A DNA stretch of 64,000 bases from Eledone cirrhosa (taxonomy: Eukaryota): contig OZ024741.1 in assembly GCA_964016885.1 (NCBI GenBank), positions 194,866,001 to 194,930,000 of the forward strand, in the 5' to 3' direction. Below the pieces are notes generated by a model. The model saw nothing but the letters and a program-made list of their open reading frames with translations, was not told the DNA's origin and did no database searches. This document shows, in pieces, positions 13,891-27,347 of this stretch. The translations under genes were made by a program, and so were the position numbers. The first letter of the stretch is position 1; every line of letters begins with the position of its first letter.

Positions 13891-14162
13891 TATATATAAA
13901 TATGAAACATTTTCACTATTTTTATTATTCATTATCTGGAATTACATATTCTAACTTAGAGAGAATGACTTGTATTTCTGAGGAAAAACATAATTGATTA
14001 TGACGGATCCATTACTTCAGAAATACTTTATGTTATCGACCCTGGAAAGATGAAAGGCAAAGTTGAATTCATGGCACATTGCTCGTTTCTGCCAGTTCAT
14101 CGCCTCCGGCCAATCAAATATTGCTAATATCAGTAGAGTGACTGATAATAGGTTTAAATAAT

Positions 14163-14370
14163 GGTTTCTTATATAGGCACAAGGCCAGCAATTTTGAGGG
14201 AGGGGAAAGTCGATTAAATCGACCCAGTGCGTGACTGGTACTTTATTTTATCGACCCCGTAAGGATGAAAGGCAAAGTTAACCTCGGCGGGATTTGAACT
14301 CAGATCATAAAGGGCCGTAACTCAATGCTGCAAAGCATATCCTCCGACCCCTCTACCGATACTGCCAATG
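14163..14370 (-). mobile_element. SINE family A
   Basis: Reverse complement of the consensus seen at 41303-41486. Confidence 0.85.
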
Positions 14371-15515
14371 TGTAGAAGTCATATATACACAGAAGAGCAG
14401 CAGGCTTAACTCTTAATATGAAACCGCATTCGTAAATAGTACAAAACAATATTGTGACTGTATGACATTACAAATCAAAGTATTTATTGTAATATTGCAA
14501 ATGTTCACAACAGCCTATTAACATTTGATTTAATAAACCCATTTTGATATTTTCTGCTATATTACTACAATGTATTAAAAGGATCAACAACATTTTTTAA
14601 AACATAACTGACTGCACCACATTAACAAATGAAAGCCTTTAACTCACAGGTTTTCCAGCTTTTGAGGCCACCGCCTTTCCCCTCACAGCCACGTAATACC
14701 ATTAGTACCCCACCCTTATTTCCAGAGAGAGATCTGTCTACATGCAAATTGTAGATAATATATAATAAATAAAATCATTAATTTATATATAATAAATAAT
14801 ATAATATCTGTTAGACACGCAGTAACTAACAACAGAATGTTTTAAGTCTGCGTGTTCTGACATATATGCGCAGCTTGTGAATAAAAAATTCAAGGGGTGT
14901 CGCTGGCCGTGGTGATCGCGTACCAAACATGTTTTGTAATGTATCGTCTTATTGGCTAATCAACCAACGAGAGTAATTGTTGCTCAAAAGCATCCGCCAT
15001 TTTGTTTGCACGTTTATTTATCGTTTCGCTTTCGAATCTTACTCCTGTATTTCGTCGTTTACTATCAAAATATTTTTCTCGTTTTGGTAAGTTATATTGT
15101 TAATTTATATATGATTTTTTAAATTTATATTAACTATTTTTTTTCAGTTCGTTATAACATGCTTATAATATTGGTTGTATCATATTTACTTGTATATTTG
15201 TCCATATTATTGTTCGTTTTATGTTAGATTATTTTTTAAATTATTATGTAAGACTATTTGTATGTAATATTTAATGTTTATTAATTCAACTATAACAATT
15301 ATTATGTAAAATATATTTATTTAATATTGATTGTTTTTTGTAGTTGTTTATATTGAAAGTTTGAAAATATTTTTTATACATCTTACAATAATATTTATAA
15401 GATCATTTATAAAATAAAAATTATATAATCTAATTACATTACAACGATAATTTATTATTAATATATATCATGTTTAATTAGAGTTATTACAAGCGTTGCC
15501 TTAAACAAATATTAA

Positions 15516-15957
15516 ACTAGACCTGAAAAATGCGCAAGCTCAAAAGAGCCACAGAATGTTAAACTAAACCTTCAAAATGTGGGACTAGAGTTGTTGCTCA
15601 AAAATATTGTAATCATTATCTATCGTACACTATGTGGCATCCTTTTATAAAAATTAGACTCATAACGAACTCAAGACGACACGATAATTATTTAAGTGAA
15701 TTTATAATATAGAATTCGGTTTAAGTGCATTTCGTATTAATCATTACTAAACATCTAATATGAGATATTGAACATTAACTTAAATAATTATCGTGTCGTC
15801 TTGAGTTCGTTATGAGTCTCTTTTTTTTGTAAAAGGATGCCACAGCGTGTACGATAGATAATGATTACAATATTTTTCAGCAACAACTCTAGTCCCACAC
15901 TTTTGAAGGTTTAACATTCTGTGGCTCTTTTGAGATTGCAAATTTTTCAGGTCTAGT
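15516..15957. mobile_element. Fold-back MITE-like inverted repeat
   Basis: Imperfect arms of about 185 bp (ACTAGACCTGAAAAAT.. / ..ATTTTTCAGGTCTAGT) with a spacer of about 75 bp. Confidence 0.75.
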
Positions 15958-16610
15958 ATACTATGTATAAATAAATATTATATATTTTTTATCTTACTAT
16001 ATTTATATATATGTATCATTTGATATTTAATATACTATTATATCATCTCTAGCGTCCCCATAGGCTCCAGCGTCCCCTGAACCTTCTCAATGCCCCCCCC
16101 CCCCCCGGCGGTAGCACCCACTTTGAGAACCTCTGTTCTAACTACAATTTTCTAAACAATCTGTTCTCTAGGAAAGATGTTATAAGCAATTGTATTGATA
16201 AACCTGGTTTTAGATATTTTCTAAATCATTAAAGGATGTTCAGAGTTAAAGCGGAATCCATACATTTTTAGCCTAATATTTCTATAGCTTAAAAAAAGTT
16301 TTATGAGATATTCACACGACTACACAAATGTGTCAAATTTCATCTCCAAATCAATGGTTATTTCAACTAGATAGTAAATTTATTTTGATATTTAACAGGA
16401 GACAAATATTAACGCGATTAGTTAATTATCAGACCTAATTATTTCAATACATGGGATTATTTCAAATAATGTAGAACTTTAGAATTTTATACTTAACATT
16501 CTCAGGGTATCTTACTGACCGGAAAATATCTTACTGTAGACGTAAGTCATCTTAATGTAAATAATAAGTAAAAATGTATAACGATAGTTATTTGTATGTA
16601 TGTATGTATG

Positions 16611-19600
16611 TTCTTCTGGTTTTATAATTTCACAAAGATTTACCAATTGAGAGAGAGTCGGTTTCTAACATAGACACAAGACTCTCTCTCATTGGAATTT
16701 ACACATCAACTAGGTAGATATGTATGTATGTCTGCATGGATGCATGTTTAGATATGGATGTTATTGTATTTGTGGATGTGTATGTTTTGAGTTGTATGTG
16801 TGCATGTGTATATGCTTTGTATCTGTACATGTGTATATGCAGTTATTAGATGCAAAATTCTTTGAATGTTTTACATATTTTTACTGTTCCATTAATGGAT
16901 TGTACTTGTAATTTCCTAACTAGTTGTGTTCTTTCTGTTCCTGTGAAGCCTAGCTTCTCAAGATTTGTATTGAGGCAGTTACTAACATATCCCAGTGCCC
17001 CAATAATCACAGGCATAAATCTGAAGGTGTAATCAGGGTGGAGTATCTGCAGATTTCTCATCAGTTCTGCATAAATATTCTCCTTTTCACTAATCTTTGA
17101 TATTATATTGGCATCTGCTGGGCAGCTAATTTCCACTACTGTGCATGTTTTATTCTCCCTGTCTCATATCATAATATCTGGTCTGTTATGCCTGCATTTT
17201 ATTGGGGTTTTTACTGGAACATTCCACCAGTACTCTTTCATATTATGTACATGGATGTCTTCCACATTGTCGTAGCTTTTAATGTGTTTATTATCGGGGC
17301 TATCTTTTTTACGAACTGCATTGTACAGTGTTTTGGCCACTACATCATGCCTCATAGGTAGATAGTACCGCGATGACATCTTTGGGCAGCTGCTGATGAC
17401 ATGGGTGATATCCTCGATGTTAGTTCTGCAGAGTCTGCACTTGTTATCACATCGAGGTGTTTTGCCTGCATCCCTATCTCTTTTGTGAATCAGGTATTTC
17501 GTGCTAATCTCCTGTTCTTGGATTGCAAAAGCGTATCCTTCAAAGTGGGAGCCAATATAGCGGTTGTTGGTCCAAGATAGACTTATCTATATTACTCTCA
17601 CTCTGGAGCTTCCTGGCAACATATCCATGCATGATTTTTTGCTGATAGGCATGCAGTTTTTCATCCATGGATTCACTGCGATACTGCTGAGCGACATCCC
17701 TGGGTGGGAGTTTTTGATTATCACACAGGGAATATCTCTCAAGGAGTTCCTTCCCAACTCTCATGATCTTATCTGTTTCATGCAGATAGACTTGCTCGAG
17801 AAGCGGGCTCCTTCGCTTCGAGGTTCGTAGATGTTGTAGGAGAGATATGATGCGACATTCAAATGTTGTCTGGACTGATGTTAGGCCTCTGCCTCCCTGC
17901 TTACGTTTCAAGTAAAGGCGGTCTATGTCACTGTTGATGTGGAAGTTTCCGGTGTTGTTCAGTATTTTTCGAGTTCCAACATCAACTGCTCGGATTTCGT
18001 CTATCATCCAATTGAGTATTCCAAACGTTGGTGTTAGGACAGGCACAGCAAACACATTGTGAGCCACTGTTTTGTTTTGCGCAGAGAGTTCCGATGACGA
18101 GATCTTTCTTAATCGGGTGTAGTATTCCCTGGTTACGCGTTCTTTATTACAGATACCATTATAGGATATGTTCTCATCTATCCCCAGGTATATGTAGCAG
18201 TCCTTATCAGATATCGGTGAAACAGTTAGGATATTGATGATAATGTTGCTATATTGGGTTGTTGTTTTTCCCCGCTTTACAGTCATGTATGAGCATTTAT
18301 CTTGGCCAAACTCCATTCCTATATCCTTTGAGAACGTTGTAACCAGGTCAAGATTTTTCTTCATCCCATCCATGTTCTTGGCATAGAGTTTCAGATCGTC
18401 CACAAAGAAGTTATGGGTTAGGTTCGTATTTCTGTCCTCCTGTGAGCCAATGATGTATCCCTCACATTTCTTGAGCAGAAAGGACAAGGGGTTTAATGAC
18501 AAGATGAACAATATCACAGAGAGACTGTCCCCCTGAAATATACCCCTGCAATATTTTATTTTATCAGTGAAAATAGAGTCCTCCCTCTCTGTCTTTAACC
18601 TTAGGATAGTAGCCCAAGAAGAAGACAGCCTCTCTATGGCCCTGACAATAATGTCTGGGACTTTAGCAAGTTGGAGGGCCTCTATCATCCAAGTGTGGGG
18701 AACAGAATCGAAAGCTTTCGTGTAGTCCAGCCAGACTGTAGTCATATTCCTCCTAAGTTGTCGCACCTCCGACATCGCAGTTTTGTTGATTAGGAGTTGT
18801 TCAGCACATCCCCAAACCCTTTTCTTTCCAGCTGCTTGTTCATCTGTGATGATGTTATTATTTTCACAGTGATCTTGGAGGAATAGGTTGAGGGAGGCTG
18901 TATACATCTTATACATCAGGTTCTGGCATGCAATGGGTCGGTAGTTTTTTGCCAAGTGGGTGTCTTTGTTCTTGGGGACCAGTAACGTTTGTGCTAATGT
19001 CAACCATTCTGGTATAAGTGTATCTCTCTTAAGAACTTGTTGGTAGAGGTCAGTAAGATACCTCCGATAGAATATTAGTTTTTTTACCAGTAGCCGACAA
19101 TGATGTCTCTTCCTGGTGTTTTATTATCTTGGAGTTTTCCTATCACAGTCTCAAGAGTACCCTCACTTATTTCGTATGTTTTTGTTGTAGTGTAGGAGCA
19201 ATAGTTCTTTCGGATTTCTCTTAGCTACACTGCATCTTGGTTGAAATTCTTCTTTTCACCCCATATTTTTCTCCAAAAGGAATCTATGTCTTTCTGGGAT
19301 GGGGCTCTCAGTGACACTTATTATTTTGCCCTTCATATCTCTATAGACTGATGTTTGGTTTCGTCTGAATTTTTTATTAAGCATTTTTCTCTCATCTACC
19401 TTCTTCAGCTATCGGCGTTTTTCGCTAACAGCTCTCAATTCTTGTTTGAGGGTGATCAGCTTATATTGGAGAGTTCTGGTTCTACTGTTACCAAACATCG
19501 TCTCTATTTTATTTTTCACCCTTTGTTGGTGAGGAGTGAGGTTTTTTTGTGTTTGTTTGCATGTAAGGAGCATTATCATATGTCCTATGTTTTTTCGTAG

Positions 19601-19662
19601 GTCAGCACTCTTTTTTTCTATTTTAGTTATATATGATGGTATTTTTGGTGGTGTTTTGTTCT
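16611..19662 (-). mobile_element. 5'-truncated R4/Dong-clade non-LTR retrotransposon (family A), RT plus restriction-like endonuclease, disabled
   Basis: ORF 17540-19003 has YRPIAC, WLDYTKAFDSVPH, GIFQGDSLS, FVDDLKLYA and YLG. Downstream lie the CCHC knuckle CRLC..H..SSC, RHD, RPD and VEISCP. Stops and frameshifts present. (TATG)n at both ends. Confidence 0.9.
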
Positions 19663-19745
19663 ATGTATGTATGTATGTATGTATGTATGTATGTATGTAT
19701 GTATGTATGTATGTATGTATGTATGTATGTATGTATGTATGTATG

Positions 19746-20573
19746 TTTTCTCTTTCTCTTAATTTCGAGTATATTTTTTTGACCGGCCACCTTCCTGGTG
19801 GCAAGGTTGTAAAAGAAAAGAAATTGTCATCCCTTGAATCGCAAGAATGTTTTGCAAATTTTGAAGGTGCCAGCTATCGAAGCCATTTGTAGACTATGAA
19901 TTAGGGAGCTGCGCTTTTTGTCCGCAAATCCAAGTTCAGTCATACTTTGGTCCAAGCGGGTTGGTATATAACCCGTAGCACCAATAATGATGGGTATGAA
20001 GCTAAAGGTGTATCTTGGATACTGGATTTGTAAACTCCTCATCAATGGTCCGTAGATGTCCTCCTTCTCCTGTATTTTTCTGACAACGTTTACCTCAAGT
20101 GGGCAGGTGATCTCCACAACAGAACACGTTTTCAATGTGTGGTCCCACACTACAATATCAGGCCGGTTGTGCTTTAATTTGGTGGCAGGTTTTATTTTCA
20201 GGTTCCACCAGTATTCCTTAGTGCCATCTGTCTTAATATATTCTTCCTCGTTTGTTGTTAATTTTGTTTTCCGAAGTGCGTTCCAGATGGTTCTAGCTAT
20301 CCCATCGTGTCTCATGGGGAGGTAGTAGCGAGATGACATTCTTTCGCAGCTGGCAACAATGTGGCTTACATCCTCGATCTTTGTTTTACATAGCCTACAT
20401 TTATTGTCAGCTGCTGGCCCTCGTCTTTTGTGCAGCAGATATTTGGTAGGGAGTTCTTGTTCCTGCATTGCATAGAGATATCCCTCAAGGTGTGATGTCA
20501 TAAACTTGTCGGAACTCCATGCCAGGCTTTTTGAGTGGTTTATCCCCTCTATGGTCTGTGTTTTACGTCTCAA
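19746..20573 (-). mobile_element. R4/Dong-clade LINE 3' fragment (family B), zinc knuckle plus RLE
   Basis: ORF 19827-20573 has CRLCKTKIEDVSHIVASC, RHD, HNRPDIVVWD and VEITCP. The 3' UTR runs into (CATA)n. Confidence 0.9.
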
Positions 20574-20652
20574 GTATGTATGTATGTATGTATGTATGTA
20601 TGTATGTATGTATGTATGTATGTATGTATGTATGTATGTATGTATGTATGTA

Positions 20653-21181
20653 TGTCAGGTGGCTCTCGAGTGCTACTGGTAACATGTAACCCAGTATAAC
20701 CTGTCTCATGGTCGGGTCGTCGGCGACTAAACCGGCAACCCCACCAAGCTTGCTTGTGAGAAGGGTGACATTTGGACACTCTGCGGGGTGAAATACAAGA
20801 CCCGGCAAAGGGCGGAGGAACTCAGCAGAATTAATGGCTATCCAAATAGTATTTTTTTTTTATTTTCGCCTGGGAGTGAAAGGCCCCCAGTTGTTATCAT
20901 AACACCTTTCTAAGAGAGGGAAACTCTGAAAAAAAAACCTGCGGCTTCGGAAGCATCCGATGATGTTGACAGGTTCTCCTTTTCGAGTAGTGTTTTCGAT
21001 GCTGAGAGAGTGCGATTGGTCGAGTGCATGGCCTTTCCCCATTTAAAAAACCTTCAAAGCACAGGCATTGCTTGTTCAGGTTATATTATAGGTTCGTATG
21101 GCTGGACGTAGCCTAAAAGTGCACCATTTTCTGTAATCTGACAAGCAATTGCAATACTCTTAGCAGAGTTTGCAGCCATCA
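20653..21181 (-). mobile_element. Element X, copy 2
   Basis: Homologous end to end with 10366-10950. Confidence 0.65.
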
Positions 21182-21199
21182 TGTATGTATGTATGTATG

Positions 21200-21735
21200 T
21201 TTCTCTTTCTTTTAATTTCGAGTACATTTTTGACCGGCCACCTTCCGGCAAGTTTGTAAAAGAAAAGAAATTGTCATCCCTTGAATCGCAAGAATGTTTG
21301 CAAATTTTGAAGGTGCCAGCTATCGCAGCCATTTGTAGTCTATGAATTAGGGAGCTGCGCTCTTTGTCCACAAATCGAAGTTCAGTCATACTTTGGTCCA
21401 AGTGGGTTGGTATATAACCTGTAGCTCCAATGATGATGGGTATGAAGCTGAAGGTGTATCTTGGATGGTCCCAATGTGTGGTCCCAAACAATAATATCAG
21501 GTCGGTTGTACTTTCATTTGGTGGCAGTTTTTATTTTCAGGTTCCACCAGTATTCTTTAGTGCCATCTATCTCAACATATTCCTTCTCATTTGTTTTTAA
21601 TTTTGTTTTCCCAAATGCGTTCCAGATTGTTCTAGTTATCACTACGTGTCTCATAGGGAGGTAGTAGCGAGACGACATTCTTTTACAGTTGGCAACAATA
21701 TGGCTTACATCTTCGATATTTGTTTTACATTTAAT
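21200..21735 (-). mobile_element. R4/Dong family B 3' fragment with an internal deletion
   Basis: Similar to 19746-20400; encodes PRYTFSFIPIIIGATGYIPT. Confidence 0.85.
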
Positions 21736-21808
21736 GTCGACTGATGCACGTATGTATTGATGTATGTATGTATGTGTGTGTGTATGTATGTTCTTGTTTT
21801 ATAATTTT

Positions 21809-21812
<4 letters not shown>

Positions 21813-21886
<74 letters not shown>

Positions 21887-21893
21887 GATAGAG

Positions 21894-21925
<32 letters not shown>

Positions 21926-21927
21926 AG
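21813..21927. repeat. (GA)n microsatellite
   Basis: Seen directly. Confidence 0.97.
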
Positions 21928-22839
21928 TCGGTGAAATTATATTTTTATTTTAAAATGTATTTTTTGCTTGCAAGGTTTTTAATATACTGCAAATGTTTAC
22001 ATCTAAATATAATTAAAAAAAAAATGAAGCTCTGCAATTTATAGTTTTTAGGGTGTAATATGAATGAAATAGTTTTATCTTAGTATTTTCTTATATATAT
22101 AATAATGCAGAGGGCCAACCCGCCAACCAAATTCCATTCACAAGACATTGGTCAACCGGAGAGTATAGAAGAAGGCATTTGCTCAAGGTTCCGCGCAGAG
22201 ATACTGAATCCAGAATCACGTAGTTGTGAAGCGAATTTCTTAATCCCATGTATGTATACATATGCACATGTATATATACATGTACATATGTATATACGTG
22301 TTTAAGCAGGGTTGTCATGTCAGGTATGTATTTGTATCTTTTCATACACGTACTCGTACAGGTTCGTATATCTACAGATGGGGATATGTACTCACGCCTC
22401 AGTTTCTGATTATGTGCTTTTAAGCAATCACAAATTTGGAAAGTAAGCAGAAAAAAATATTCACTCCTTAAATATTTTGCAGTGAATAATTCCATTATTA
22501 TTCTTTTTATTATGAAAAAATTAAACATTGAATATCTCGTCGAAAATCAGCCAAACTGTTAACGAATCTTTGCAGATTTCTTTCACTGGATGCAAGTTTC
22601 TTATACAAACAAACTGGAGAGTTGTTGAATAGAAGATATTTGTAAAGTATTGTTGAATAAAAACGCTTGCTTGCTTACTGCTCAGCTGACTCTAGTGCAA
22701 TAGAATCTTATTCTTCTTAACAAGAGAATACCCATATCCAAAAACACATCATTGTTAAAATTCTCGTTTACTCTAAATTCTTCGTCAATACATTTCATAT
22801 ACAGATGAATTTGATTCACAATTTCCAAAGCACTCAGTC

Positions 22840-23120
22840 ATGGTAACCCTCTTCCTGATCAAGGGAGGTGAAACCCAGGCACTGCTGCCCGTAATTCAGA
22901 GAAGTGGAAGATATCCAAATACCAGGATTTAATAGACCGTTTCCTTTTCATGCCGGTCGCTGTCGAGACGCTCGGTGTCCTCGGTCCTCGAATTGCCTTT
23001 TTCCTCCGCAAAATTGGGAGGAGTACCTTCTGCTAGAGAAAAGAGCCCCATGAACGGGTGTCTCTGACTGTTCTCCGCTTTCGCCATTTGAGATATTCTG
23101 CATAGGCTGGTGTTTAATTT
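22840..23120 (+). mobile_element. CRE-like RLE LINE C-terminal fragment
   Basis: My translation gives PGTAARNSEKWKISKYQDLIDRFLF.PVAVETLGVLGP with a frameshift. This resembles the K..KY..L....F.P.AVET.G motif of CRE-type endonucleases. Confidence 0.55.
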
Positions 23121-23439
23121 TTTTTTTTTTTTTTCATTACAAACATTATATAATCCAATAGAAATTTGTTGAATAAAATAACTAAATAAAGAAAAAAATG
23201 ACAAAAGTGTCATCGTTTTAGGAAACAAATTCCGAATAAGCCATTTATTTCCCCTAGTAAATTGTTTATTAGTGTCATTCCATTTTTGTCTCTCTGGCGA
23301 GCAGTGGGATCGAACTTGGAACCACGTGGCTATGAAACAAATTCCTTAATCACACAGCTATCCCTGGGTAAATCGTTAATTTTTGTCCGAATTTGTCATC
23401 GATTGGTGCTAGTAAAAACGAAGAGAACATGTAGAATCT

Positions 23440-24940
23440 TATGAATACTTTTTAGTTATTTCGAACGTCTTTGTAATGAATATTTTCCTATAAAAGAAAA
23501 AAAATAGTGAAGGAAAAGTCTATTTTGAATAAATGGATGACTGCAGGAATTTTGCGTAGTTCTAAGGGAAAACATAGGTTGTATTTGAAATACATAAAAT
23601 ATAAAACTCCCGAGAATGAGGAAAGGTACAAAAATATGTTAAAATGCTTAGCGCATTATAAGAGAAAACTAACATCACTTATTTTTCAAACCAAATTTAA
23701 AAACAAATTAAATGATAAAAAAATGTGGTCAATCATGAAAACAATAATTTCTAAAAACAAGTCTGTTAATAATTATCTGAATTACATTTCAATAAATGTC
23801 GAAAAGATGTACAAGAAGTTGATTGCTGAGGAAGTCAACAAATATTTTATCAATGTCCAAATCTATGGTCAAAAATACCAAAAGCCAATAAAACTTCTTT
23901 TAGTTTTGAAAAAAGACCAACCATTTATTCCAAATTAATCCAGTTACGAATGAGGAATTGAAGAACACATTCACTTGTCTGAAGATGAACAAAGCACCTG
24001 AATATGACTCCTTGAGCACAAAGATTGTCAAAATTACATATGAATCTTCCTCAAATTACTTGAGAGACTCATGCACTCTCGTCTTTACGATTTCTTTGAG
24101 AATAACAACTTGGTTTCCGAAAGGATTCCGGTGTAGACTTTGGGCTTATAGAATTCATTAATGACATCACGACACTAAATCCTAGCACAAACCAATATCT
24201 TACAATGTTCCTCAAGGTTCAGTATTAGGTCCCCTCCTTTTTCTTATATATGTCAATGATATGCACTTTACAGTTCCACTTCTAAATGTTATCATGTTTG
24301 CTGATGATAAATCTTTTCTTAGCTGGTAAAGACTGCCACACATTGTTCAAAGAAATGAACAGCCAATTATCGCTCATAAATGACTGGTCTTCAATAAATA
24401 AGCTAGCCTCCAAAACTTCATTTTGGCTCAAAAGAAATAAAAAGGTCCAGATGTATAAATATTTTTGAATCCTAATTGAAAATTATACATTCAAGCTATA
24501 GAATTCAAACTATCGACACAAATTGAATAACCTGTAGGGGACATAAGTTTTTTGACAACAAAGCGATGAAAATGTTATATTTTTATTTTGTTAATCCATA
24601 TTTAGTAACTAGTTTGTCAAGAAGACAAATTTAAGTAAACTTCGTACTTTACAAAGGCCCCCAGAGGCACCCACTCTCAACCTTTAATGCTTGATAATAA
24701 AATACTAAACATTTATGAAATAAATTTGGCTCCTCACCAAAATGTATTCAAGAAAAATTTATAAAGAATATTCACAAATATCCGACGAAGTATTCTAGGG
24801 CAACATTCAAAATTTGATAAATTCAGCTATCCCTATTATGGACCAATTGTCTGGAATCATTTTGTGTGCAAAGATGCAACTCTTCCAGGACTTAAAAGAA
24901 GAAAAAATATTAAAAAGATGCTGTTGGATAATCAATAAAC
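23440..24940 (+). mobile_element. Heavily decayed CR1/L2-group LINE ORF2
   Basis: WMTAGILRSSKGKHRLY, KAPEYD, VPQGSVLGPLLFLIYVNDM (about 24206-24262) and FADD remnants across frames. Confidence 0.75.
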
Positions 24941-25302
24941 CTGTTTGTGGTGAAACTTATAATTTTTAGTAACATTGAAAAAATATTTCAAAATTTGTAA
25001 ATAAAATAAAATAAAAAGTGACTTTGCATAAAGTGTTCCTTTTACAGGCCGTCATGAAAAGGATGATATTTTTTTTTTACTATAATCCTTCTGAATGGCC
25101 TCACTAACCTGATTAGCACATTCTCAGTAATGAAGCACTTCATTCCATTCCTAAGAAACTTTTTATTCACTTCTTTGTAAATAGTGTATCATACTTTTTA
25201 CGCACCTTTTTTATATTTTAATTTTATACTCAGCTAGTGAAATAAATGATAAGAAACAAAGAAAAAAACATATCCCTTCATCTATTATTTAGTATTTCAA
25301 GA

Positions 25303-25475
25303 GTGGTGGATTGGCAGAATTAGTAGAGTGTCGGATAAAATGTCATTTGTTCTGGTTCTTTACATTCTGAGCTCAAATCCAGCCAAGGTTAACTTTGCCT
25401 TTCACCCTTACTGGGTCGATTTAATCAACGTTGCCCTTCTCCCAAATTTGCTGGCCTTGTGCCTAAATTAGAGAT
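25303..25475 (+). mobile_element. SINE family A
   Basis: Consensus match; TATTTAGTATTTCAA is repeated on both flanks as a TSD. Confidence 0.8.
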
Positions 25476-26079
25476 AAGTATTTAGTATTTCAAATAAGGA
25501 GGTAAACTGTGTCACTTTAGAAAAAAGGAGACAAAATAAAATCTTGAAGTTGAAAAATGGAAATATATGTTGGTGGTCTCAATACCTTTTGTACCTGGCC
25601 AATTTTACCTCAGTATATTACTCGTTAACAAACGATCAGAGATAGAAGGTAATGTCAACTTTAAACTCAAAACAGTGATACTGAACCTAATTTATTTTCA
25701 AGAAGAGGTCTGTTTGATTCTAATAATAGACATAAATCAATTCTCTACAATTGATTTTTTTATCTTAGTCGAAGAATTTCTTCGAAAAATTATGTGAAGT
25801 GAGTTGTAATAACGAAAAGTGATTTACTGAGGATTAAGAGACATTTTTTTTATGTCGGTCAATTTGTAAATGTATTGTCGAAACTAAATTTCTTGCAGCA
25901 ATAACCTCTTTCTTAATATTACTTTTATAAAACGTCCATTTAGGAAGTTAGGGAAGTTAGATATTGAAAAGTAATCAACGCAAACATGATTATGTAATTA
26001 TACAAATAGATTTCCCACATTATCGAGAAGTGGTGATGGGTTATCTGCAGAACTGGCCCCCGTAAGAATGGACCTCCGT

Positions 26080-26407
26080 CGGTTTCGACGATAAGTTTTA
26101 CGATCAACAAAACAGGTCATGAAATTAACGTTTAAGTAGCTGAGCATTCCACAAACACGTGTACTCTTAATGAAATTCTCATGGAAATTCAGTGACACAG
26201 TATGTGATAAGGCTAGCCCTTTGAATTACAGGTACGGTTCTTTCGACGGGCGTTCAAACAGTTTCCGTCTATCGAATTTCACTGACAAAGCATGGGTCAT
26301 CTTAAGTGTTATGGTAAATAACACTTACCCAGGATACCACGCTGTGATTTCGAACCCGGGAGCTAATGATTGCGAACAGAACTTCTTAACCATGCGGTCA
26401 TACTGCG
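26080..26407 (-). mobile_element. tRNA/CORE-type SINE sharing its tail with 527-858
   Basis: Minus-strand head ..GGTTAAGAAG..GGGTTCGAAATC; tail homologous to 680-858. Confidence 0.65.
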
Positions 26408-26700
26408 TCCATGGCCACCGTAGAGTAACTGTGTAAATAGTGTTGTACTTTATAGGCGTGGTGGTGGTCAGATGTAAGATACACTCTTATTTTGAAAAAA
26501 GTGTTTGGGATAAAAGTTGTAGTAGTATTTAAAACTTTTATTCGGTATATAGGTCGCAGGCAGGTTTTGACAACAAATATTAGAGTATAACCTGCGGCTT
26601 ATTCATCGAAAAACGTTAAGTGATAACACACTAGAGAGAGTACGATAACTAATTAAGACTAATTACTAACAAACCTAGTAAACACTATCGCTTTAATTAA

Positions 26701-26834
<134 letters not shown>

Positions 26835-26862
26835 CTCTCCCTCTCTCTCCCAATATATATAT

Positions 26863-27282
26863 AATTAGTTTTTGAATTTGTTTTGCGAGATTTCTTATCT
26901 GAAAACGTGTGTTGAAACAGATATAGTTATACTTTGGCAGGGTCATGTTGCCAATAAAAACACACGCACCTCTTGGATTTCACTTCAATTTATTATAAAT
27001 TTCCGGTTGGTTGGTTGGTTTGATAACCGGAAGGTTGTTTATATATTGTCAACACACAAAAACAAGTTAGTGTAGGACAGAACAAAGGAGAGACACACAA
27101 AATAAAAACCTAGTCACTGAGGAGGTCACAGATTATGCGACGAAAGAGCTTTGACAATATATAAACAACCTTCCGGTTATCGAACCAACCAGCCAACCAA
27201 CCAACCGGAAATTTATAATAAATTGAAATGAAAACAAACAGGTGCGTGTGTTTTCATTGGCAACGTAACCCTCCCAAAGTAT

Positions 27283-27291
<9 letters not shown>
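26863..27291 (+). mobile_element. PLE-type fold-back fragment with HHR
   Basis: Inverted arms 26921-27052 / 27151-27291, tail 26863-26920, TA-rich flanks. Confidence 0.75.
27113..27155 (+). ncRNA. Minimal type-I hammerhead ribozyme
   Basis: GTCA-CTGAGGA-G-GTCACA..TGCGAC-GAAA-GAGC-TT-TGAC: stem I GTCA/TGAC and an intact core. Confidence 0.75.
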
Positions 27292-27347
<56 letters not shown>

